IMG/VR virus record: IMGVR_UViG_3300025138_000015
Strand: one strand, 5' to 3'
DNA length: 64,000 nt
DNA from: a virus
Shown here: positions 57,805 through 64,000 of the stretch, piece after piece
How the letters are laid out: the number at the start of each line of letters is the position of its first letter
How positions within the stretch are numbered: position 1 is the first letter of the stretch
The notes under the pieces: generated by a model
Database searches by the model: none
Told to the model about the DNA's origin: nothing
What the model saw: only the letters and a program-made list of their open reading frames with translations
Position numbers and translations under genes: made by a program

Positions 57805-60321
57805 TTATCCAAAGAAACTATCAAGACTTGCAACTGGTTCTACATTCCAGTCAATAAGATTGATAATACCTTTGAGTGGTTCAATGAATGCCTTATCAAA
57901 CTGTAAGTCATAATCAACATACTTCTGTATGTCAAACTCACGAGGCAGAACCGATAAGAATGAGATAACATTCTCTTTTATTGGGTTTGGTGTTGTAAGA
58001 TATGTAAAGTGGAGTTTATCTCCGTTCTTTATCAACTCATATCTTTTATCTAAGTTTAGTTTCTCTAAGTGGTGATTGTAAAGTAAGGCACCTCGGACAT
58101 GTATGGGTGTACCCTTTGAGTAGATGTTTGAGTTGTCATGATATTGTTTAATATTATTACACCCTCTTGGTGAGGCAATCTCTTCTACAGGTAGATTTCT
58201 GAATTCCTTTCTTGTTGTTTCAACAAATTCCCACAATTCATTCTCTGTTTTAGTCATTACAATATTCAATGCTTCAGTAAGTTTCTTTCTGACCCATTGT
58301 GGAGTTGAAGACTTTGCAGTTTCAATACCCATCATTTTTAATTTAGGTTCTCTAAGTCTTACACCCTCATTGTCATATACATTTAGAATGTATCTTTTCT
58401 TTGCAGTCCAGATACCTCTATCTGCAATTACTTCACGACCCATTTCCATTTTCTGTTGAAATGAATTTGTGTAATCTTTAAGGTCTTCAAAACCCTCTCT
58501 TAATGCCTTCTCAATTTCAACTTCAATCTTACATAAGAAGTCAACAACTTTACTCTTATCTTTTTGTTGTTCTGGTGTGAAGATTTGATTTACTAAATCA
58601 TCAAGTGTGATATAGATTGAATCAGTGTCCATTGCAACGATGTAATCTTTGTTTGTCTTTAGAACTTTGTTTAGATAATCATTTGCAGTTTTCTCTGACC
58701 ACTTAATTACTAATTGACCTGCAGTAGTGACTGACTCTGCAAGTTGTGGGTCAAAGAATGCAAACCATTGATTAGCAAGAACACCATATGCACTGTTTAA
58801 AGAAATCTTTCTGACCTGTTGGTTGTTGTATGCTCGTTTAATTCTAACTTCGAGTTTTTTCTTTTCAATAGGGTCGTCACATACTTGTAGTTCTTTCTGA
58901 TAACCAATCATCTTCTGTTTGTATTCCTTTCTCTCATCGTATAATGTTTCCATGAGTTCTGGAAGAAAACCTTGTTTGTCTCTTTTGAATTTAACACCGT
59001 TTGGTGTGACTGTTAGATTCTGTCTTTTCAATTCAGATAAGTCAATCGTCTTGTCTAACATGCCTGCAATCTTGGTGTCCATAAGACCAGTCTTTACCAT
59101 TTTCTCTGGTGAAATATTAAACTGCATGATTAGATGTGGATAAAGAGAGTTCAAGTCAAACGACATAACCCAATTATGACCACCGACTTGTGGTTCTTTT
59201 ACATATGCACCTTCAATACGATGATTCTTTCCGTCTCGTCTTAATGCCTGAGGTGGTGTTTGTATGCCTTGTTTCTTCAGATGATTATAGATGATTGTTT
59301 CCCAATACTTAACCATACCGAATGTGTCATTGTAATTACACTTGGCAGAATATGCCATAACGATTGTTAGTTCTAAGAATCCAAGTTTCTCTTCTAGTTC
59401 TTCAACAAGAACTGCATCTTTAACATTATATGCAAGGAACTTTGAGTAGTCTTGTTTGTAAAGTGTGTGTAGATTGCCATACTCTGAGTAATCAATCTTA
59501 CCTGTATTGAGTTCTACTTGTGAAATGTGTTCTAGTTTATATGACTCTTGTGTTTGTGGGGTATGTTTACGATACAAGTCTAAGTAATCTACAATACTGA
59601 TACCATAAAGATTGAATGTCTGTTGTTTCTGACCAAAGTTAGACATGTATTCTCTGACATCTGACATACCCCATGGTGATAATTTCTTATGTTCATCTTG
59701 ACCAAAAACTTTATCAATTCTATTACAAAGATATGTGATATCAAATGAATCTACATTCCAACCTGTGATAATATCAAAAGAGGCCTTTCTCCAGAATTTG
59801 ATGAACTCTGTTAGAAGTTGTGCCTCGTCTACACAATTATAGTAAACACAATTGGCAGGTTTTTCATCCCAAGGACCTAGACCGAAGACATGTGTATTAT
59901 GACCGAAAGGTTTGATTGCAATTGCATTGACTTTCTCACCTGCAATCATTGGTTCTGGAAAACCATCTTCACATTCACACTCAATATCAAGTGTTGCAAT
60001 TCTTACTTTCTTTGTGTCGTATTCGAAATCTGTTGGGAACTTATCTGAAATATAAGTGTAAACATATCTATCATAACCATGTATTTCCATACCTGCAGTT
60101 TGATGATATTTTTCTCTGAACTTTCTGGCACCACCCATTGAGTTGAGTTCTACAACTTCAAGTGGTCTGCCGTCTAGTGATTTGTAAGGTGTGTCACCTT
60201 TTCTGGAAGGAACAAAATGTTTAGGTCTATAATCGACCTTCATTTTTACCCTTTTATTGCCTTGATAACCTGTGACTAGTATTTTGTCGCGAGTACGACA
60301 TACATTTGTATAAAAATCCAT
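57805..60321 (-). CDS. 43: Family B DNA polymerase gp43
   Basis: DIECE, GWN..FD, YN.KD, SFDLNSLYP, K..LNSAYG, DTDS. Confidence 0.98.
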   Translation of the reverse strand: MDFYTNVCRTRDKILVTGYQGNKRVKMKVDYRPKHFVPSRKGDTPYKSLDGRPLEVVELNSMGGARKFREKYHQTAGMEIHGYDRYVYTYISDKFPTDFEYDTKKVRIATLDIECECEDGFPEPMIAGEKVNAIAIKPFGHNTHVFGLGPWDEKPANCVYYNCVDEAQLLTEFIKFWRKASFDIITGWNVDSFDITYLCNRIDKVFGQDEHKKLSPWGMSDVREYMSNFGQKQQTFNLYGISIVDYLDLYRKHTPQTQESYKLEHISQVELNTGKIDYSEYGNLHTLYKQDYSKFLAYNVKDAVLVEELEEKLGFLELTIVMAYSAKCNYNDTFGMVKYWETIIYNHLKKQGIQTPPQALRRDGKNHRIEGAYVKEPQVGGHNWVMSFDLNSLYPHLIMQFNISPEKMVKTGLMDTKIAGMLDKTIDLSELKRQNLTVTPNGVKFKRDKQGFLPELMETLYDERKEYKQKMIGYQKELQVCDDPIEKKKLEVRIKRAYNNQQVRKISLNSAYGVLANQWFAFFDPQLAESVTTAGQLVIKWSEKTANDYLNKVLKTNKDYIVAMDTDSIYITLDDLVNQIFTPEQQKDKSKVVDFLCKIEVEIEKALREGFEDLKDYTNSFQQKMEMGREVIADRGIWTAKKRYILNVYDNEGVRLREPKLKMMGIETAKSSTPQWVRKKLTEALNIVMTKTENELWEFVETTRKEFRNLPVEEIASPRGCNNIKQYHDNSNIYSKGTPIHVRGALLYNHHLEKLNLDKRYELIKNGDKLHFTYLTTPNPIKENVISFLSVLPREFDIQKYVDYDLQFDKAFIEPLKGIINLIDWNVEPVASLDSFFG

Positions 60322-60327
60322 ACTGTA

Positions 60328-60356
60328 AGTATACTACAGTAGGTCTATTCTGTCAA
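60328..60356 (-). promoter_or_regulatory. Sigma70-type promoter for gp43
   Basis: TTGACA-17-TATACT; ATG 6 nt downstream. Confidence 0.8.
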
Positions 60357-60575
60357 TGTGGTTTGTGGTTTGTTGTGAATTAAATCGTAGCATGCCTCAT
60401 ACTTTTCTTTTGCAGTTGCATACCTTTCGATTTGAGTGTCAAGTGCCTGTGCAACATCTGGATGTTCACCGATACCTGCTGGATTGTTTTGATATACATC
60501 AATATTGGCCATTGCAATGTCCATTTCACCTTGATACTGACTCATCAGTGCTTTTAATAAAGATTCTCTACTCAT
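60345..60575 (-). CDS. Conserved-type hypothetical protein
   Basis: ANI.VY..NP.GIGEHPD motif. Confidence 0.75.
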   Translation of the reverse strand: MSRESLLKALMSQYQGEMDIAMANIDVYQNNPAGIGEHPDVAQALDTQIERYATAKEKYEACYDLIHNKPQTTLTE

Positions 60576-60880
60576 TACTTGTTGCCTCTCTGACCTCTTA
60601 CTTGATTACCTGTTTCTACTTTGTAGTTTTGTTCTAGTTGAGGTTTTGCATCGAAAACTGATTGAACTTTATCATGTCTAATTTCAAAAACATATTCTTT
60701 TGCAAAGGGTATATAAGGTGCAAGTTGAACTTCCATTCTATTGTCGTCTAAAGAAACTAGACATTGTTGACAATCTCTTAATTCGTATTTTCCTTTCCAC
60801 CATAGATTTTTAAAGAAACCAATTAAGATTTCTCCTGTATCTAATCTAAGACACTTAACTTCGTCTCTTATATTACGCAC
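60575..60880 (-). CDS. Hypothetical protein
   Basis: LRLDTGE.LIG...PYIPFA. Confidence 0.65.
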   Translation of the reverse strand: MRNIRDEVKCLRLDTGEILIGFFKNLWWKGKYELRDCQQCLVSLDDNRMEVQLAPYIPFAKEYVFEIRHDKVQSVFDAKPQLEQNYKVETGNQVRGQRGNK

Positions 60881-61328
60881 TTCTTACCATCTCCTGTAGT
60901 TCAACACTTCTTCTTCCTACTTGTCCGAACCATTTAGAGTCTTGCATTTCAACAGCAACTTTCTCCCAATCACATGAGACAACACCTTTCCACATGTTAT
61001 TAAACTTACTGAATCTTGTTCCACCTAAGTTGAATGTCATGTTAACTAATACATGTTGTATGTTTTCTGGTAATGCATAGAAGTCTTCACCACCCTTTGA
61101 TTCAAATAAATGAATAGTTTCATCTAAATGTTTATCAAAGTCATAGTCATAGACATCGTCTACTCTTTCTTGTGAGACTGGTGTGCCAACAGGTTGACCA
61201 TGTTCATCATCACTATCTTTGATTAAGTGTCCGACACCAAAGGTTAAATAACCTAGTGAATCTTTGTAGACTTCAAGGACTTCTCCTTCATGTCTTTTAA
61301 TTTCTGCCATCAATTTTTCTCTGTTCAT
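60873..61328 (-). CDS. T4-type lysozyme (GH24) endolysin
   Basis: HEG....YKDSLGYLTFGVGH (E-x8-D-x5-T), NM.FNLG, M.DSKW..QV..R. Confidence 0.92.
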   Translation of the reverse strand: MNREKLMAEIKRHEGEVLEVYKDSLGYLTFGVGHLIKDSDDEHGQPVGTPVSQERVDDVYDYDFDKHLDETIHLFESKGGEDFYALPENIQHVLVNMTFNLGGTRFSKFNNMWKGVVSCDWEKVAVEMQDSKWFGQVGRRSVELQEMVRSA

Positions 61329-61330
61329 TA

Positions 61331-61540
61331 TTAACTCCTTGTTAAGTCTAATTCTATTTCATCGTCTTCGTTTTCTCTGGCAGTTTCTATTGCCTCAAAT
61401 TCACGATATTTAGTTTGTAATCTATTTTTCTCAGCAAACCAGGCATCTGTACCAGGTTCTTCAAATTCACCAAATATGTATATGGTATCTCCGTTAGTTA
61501 TCACTATCGGATATTGTGTTGGTCTTTCAAAATCAGACAT
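61331..61540 (-). CDS. Hypothetical protein
   Basis: 69-aa ORF in the operon. Confidence 0.55.
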   Translation of the reverse strand: MSDFERPTQYPIVITNGDTIYIFGEFEEPGTDAWFAEKNRLQTKYREFEAIETARENEDDEIELDLTRS

Positions 61541-61826
61541 CTTTTTCCTCTTTCTGTATTTGTTCTTGCATAATCTCTACAAGAATGTTTCCCATAAGAT
61601 TATTTAGGTCGTTATTATTTAGTAGATTATCAAGTTCTTCTCCACTATCTGGCAACCTTCTAATCGTTCTTTCAAAGTTTATATTTGGTTTTCCGTCTTC
61701 GAATCCTACTTTACCATACTGATAGACAAGACCTTTAAAGTCTCCTTCTATAATTTCTATAGCAGCGTCCTGTTCGTGGGGGTTCTCTACTACTCTAAAT
61801 GTTTTACCGAATAATGTCAATGTCAT
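61533..61826 (-). CDS. Hypothetical protein
   Basis: I..G.FKG.VYQYGKV...F.R...MGNIL motif. Confidence 0.65.
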   Translation of the reverse strand: MTLTLFGKTFRVVENPHEQDAAIEIIEGDFKGLVYQYGKVGFEDGKPNINFERTIRRLPDSGEELDNLLNNNDLNNLMGNILVEIMQEQIQKEEKDV

Positions 61827-62934
61827 CTGGATTCTCATTCCATACTTCAAGTGTATCTCGAAGTCTACCATCAGAACAGAGAGTGTTGTATCTATTAGAT
61901 GCTTTCTTTCTCCACCATTCTGTTAAATTATTTATTGAGTATCTATCATGGTTGGATTTCTTTATCAGTGTATCAGTTTTACCTAATATAACATCTTTAG
62001 AATTCTCATAACCTAAATCAGATACATAAAATCTTTTTCTTTCATTCAATCTTCTTGCATCATCTACTAATTCTACAAAAGATTTTCTATCATCTGCATT
62101 AAGGGACTTCTTAATAATAGATATCATTTTAGATTGAACTTTCATCTTTCTACTTGATGCTCCTTCCCAAACAATCGGACCACCATTCTTTTCTACAAAG
62201 AATTTCTCTAAGTCTTTAAAGTAATTGTCATTCATAAGTGGTGCAAAATTGCTATCAGTTAGACCTTGACCTTTCATAAAAGGTTTTAAACCGTCATACT
62301 GTGACATACTCTTAGTTGAGCCATATAGTGAGGTAGTTTCAAAGTGACATAGATTCATGTCATACTTCTCATCTATAATTTGTTTCACCTCATGTGAACA
62401 ACACATCAATGCAAGTAGTTTACCACCAAGATAATTGAATCCAAATGGTTGAGTAGGAACTATAATCATTCCCATGATTGCATGTTTGTTAAATACAGGC
62501 ATTGCCTCTGCACCTAACACTTCATTAAAATACCTATTTCTAGGAGCAATGTTCATCATTGGTGAACCTAGTCTTATGAAACCCACAATCTTATTTGTAT
62601 TTGTTTCATAGACCATTAAAATTAATTTTCTACCAGGATTTGAGGCCTCAATTGCATGTGATGTAATAATCTCTAAGTAGTTGTGAAAGATTTCGTGGTC
62701 TGCAACACCAACTCTAAAGTTCATATCTTCTGGATGCATGTTGAAGTCTGAAAAGAAATCGTCTGATAGATTAAAACCAAAAAGAGGAGATGGCATTTTT
62801 GCCACCCTCTCTAGTTTGATTTTTCTTAAATAGTCTGCCATATTACCAAAATTCTGGTAATACTCGGTGATTTTATCAGAAGCAAACTTAGCGTCTTCCT
62901 CTGATAAGACTAAATCACATTTGAAATCAGGCAT
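61804..62934 (-). CDS. DUF4338 (DruA-like) domain protein, paralog 2
   Basis: PGRKL, GFIRLGSP...PRN, IVPTQPFGFNYLGGKLLAL, ETTSLYG..SQYDG. Confidence 0.75.
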   Translation of the reverse strand: MPDFKCDLVLSEEDAKFASDKITEYYQNFGNMADYLRKIKLERVAKMPSPLFGFNLSDDFFSDFNMHPEDMNFRVGVADHEIFHNYLEIITSHAIEASNPGRKLILMVYETNTNKIVGFIRLGSPMMNIAPRNRYFNEVLGAEAMPVFNKHAIMGMIIVPTQPFGFNYLGGKLLALMCCSHEVKQIIDEKYDMNLCHFETTSLYGSTKSMSQYDGLKPFMKGQGLTDSNFAPLMNDNYFKDLEKFFVEKNGGPIVWEGASSRKMKVQSKMISIIKKSLNADDRKSFVELVDDARRLNERKRFYVSDLGYENSKDVILGKTDTLIKKSNHDRYSINNLTEWWRKKASNRYNTLCSDGRLRDTLEVWNENPDDIDIIR

Positions 62935-62935
62935 T

Positions 62936-63457
62936 CTATAAGTTTGCTAATACATTCTCAGGTGATGATACTTCATATGGGTCTGTATCAATGTTGTCAC
63001 CGTATCCTGCTTCTGCAAACATTCTTTCAATAACACCATCATTTACTACCATTGCATATCTCCAACTTCTAATACCGAAACCGAGATTTGCTTTCTTAAC
63101 TGAAGCACCTATTAGTTGAGTGAATTCACCATTTCCGTCTGGTAATGGTCTCACATTCTCTACACCTTGTCCTTCAAACCATGCATTCATTACGAATGAA
63201 TCGTTTACTGATAGACAATATATTTCATCAACACCCTTTGCTTGGAATTGTGAGAACTGAGTCTCAAAACCAGGTAGTTGGAATGATGAACATGTTGGTG
63301 TAAATGCACCAGGTAATGCAAAGATTACCACTCTTTTACCTGCAAATTGTTCTTTAGTGTTTAACATAACAAAGTCACCATTGACTCTGATAGGCATAAC
63401 CACTTCAGGTATTTGAGTTTGTCCTTCGACTATTTCTAGTCCAATCTTATTATTCAT
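62936..63457 (-). CDS. Peroxiredoxin (Prx5/redoxin family)
   Basis: LPGAFTPTCS, SVND.FVM.AW, DGNGEF, RSWRY. Confidence 0.93.
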   Translation of the reverse strand: MNNKIGLEIVEGQTQIPEVVMPIRVNGDFVMLNTKEQFAGKRVVIFALPGAFTPTCSSFQLPGFETQFSQFQAKGVDEIYCLSVNDSFVMNAWFEGQGVENVRPLPDGNGEFTQLIGASVKKANLGFGIRSWRYAMVVNDGVIERMFAEAGYGDNIDTDPYEVSSPENVLANL

Positions 63458-63526
63458 TTACTTCTCCATAATATAAAAAGATACACCCATTATAAACCAA
63501 ATAGGTGTATCTGTAAAGGTAGTTTT

Positions 63527-63964
63527 TTAAGAAATTTTAATTTCTTGGGGTTTGTCTTCCTCAGGCACAATTCTCTCTAAACTTACAATCAAAATACCAT
63601 TCTTCATATCTGCACCCTTAACGATTATATCGTCTGCAAGTGTGAATGACCTTTTGAATGAACGAGAAGCAAGTCCTTGGTGGACATACTCTTTTGATTC
63701 CGTATCCTTTTGTTTACCTTCAATTGCAAGAACTTCTTTCTCTTTTGAGATTGTGATGTCTTTCTTATCAAATCCAGCTAATGCAAGTTCGATACTGAAG
63801 TTCTCTGCATCGTGTTTTACAATATTGTAAGGTGGATAGTTTGTATTAGTCGGTGACTGATTAGCCCTTTCTAATAGTTGAAGAGTTCTGTCGAACCCGA
63901 TTGCGAATGGGAATGATTTCCCGAAATTGAAGACATCGAAGTCTCCGAGCTGTTTACTTGTCAT
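63527..63964 (-). CDS. Small heat shock protein Hsp20 (IbpA-like)
   Basis: YPPYNI, IELALAGF, GLA.RSF.R.F.L, NGIL...LER.VPEE.KP..I. Confidence 0.95.
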   Translation of the reverse strand: MTSKQLGDFDVFNFGKSFPFAIGFDRTLQLLERANQSPTNTNYPPYNIVKHDAENFSIELALAGFDKKDITISKEKEVLAIEGKQKDTESKEYVHQGLASRSFKRSFTLADDIIVKGADMKNGILIVSLERIVPEEDKPQEIKIS

Positions 63965-64000
63965 AGTTTTCTCCTTTATTAAGCAAGTTATGTTATGTAA

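Noticed and set aside
30071-60321. Introns, inteins or homing endonucleases in nrdA, nrdB, gp41 or gp43
   Set aside because: All are continuous and of normal length, with no splice or LAGLIDADG/HNH/GIY-YIG motifs seen.
53013-62934. Complete Druantia defence system
   Set aside because: Only DruA-like domains; no DruE helicase or other subunits in the window.
1-64000. Alternative genetic code or stop-codon reassignment
   Set aside because: Core genes are full length under the standard code and no suppressor tRNA is present; the tRNA-Ser anticodon UGA reads UCA.

Overview
About 64 kb of an AT-rich T4-like myophage genome, probably marine. Nearly every gene is on the minus strand. The window holds the T4 replication and recombination core (gp32, gp59, gp33, RNase H, gp61 primase, gp41 helicase, UvsX, gp43 polymerase, NrdA/NrdB/glutaredoxin), five tRNAs, lysis genes (GH24 lysozyme, spanin pair, SleB-type hydrolase), and a late block of probable head-internal proteins. 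Host-type auxiliary genes are numerous: ribosomal protein bS21, a RimK-RimB fusion, IscA, IscU, peroxiredoxin, Hsp20, a radical SAM/SPASM enzyme, a split carbamoyltransferase, seven 2OG-Fe(II) oxygenases and two DUF4338-like paralogs. bS21 and IscU look gammaproteobacterial, so the host may be a marine gammaproteobacterium (inference). The most notable candidates are: (1) enzymes with T4 capsid-targeting-like N-termini that may be packaged and injected, including a HIGH-nucleotidyltransferase/P-loop kinase fusion next to an RNA-ligase-fold protein, a PAP2 phosphatase and the RimK-RimB fusion; (2) a translation-control module made of bS21 behind a four-hairpin RNA, the RimK-RimB fusion and many apparently leaderless mRNAs; (3) a promoter-dense region with a GC-skew switch at about 20.6-21.9 kb that may be a replication origin; (4) apparent GATC avoidance. 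All family calls come from recognising motifs by eye; no database searches were run.
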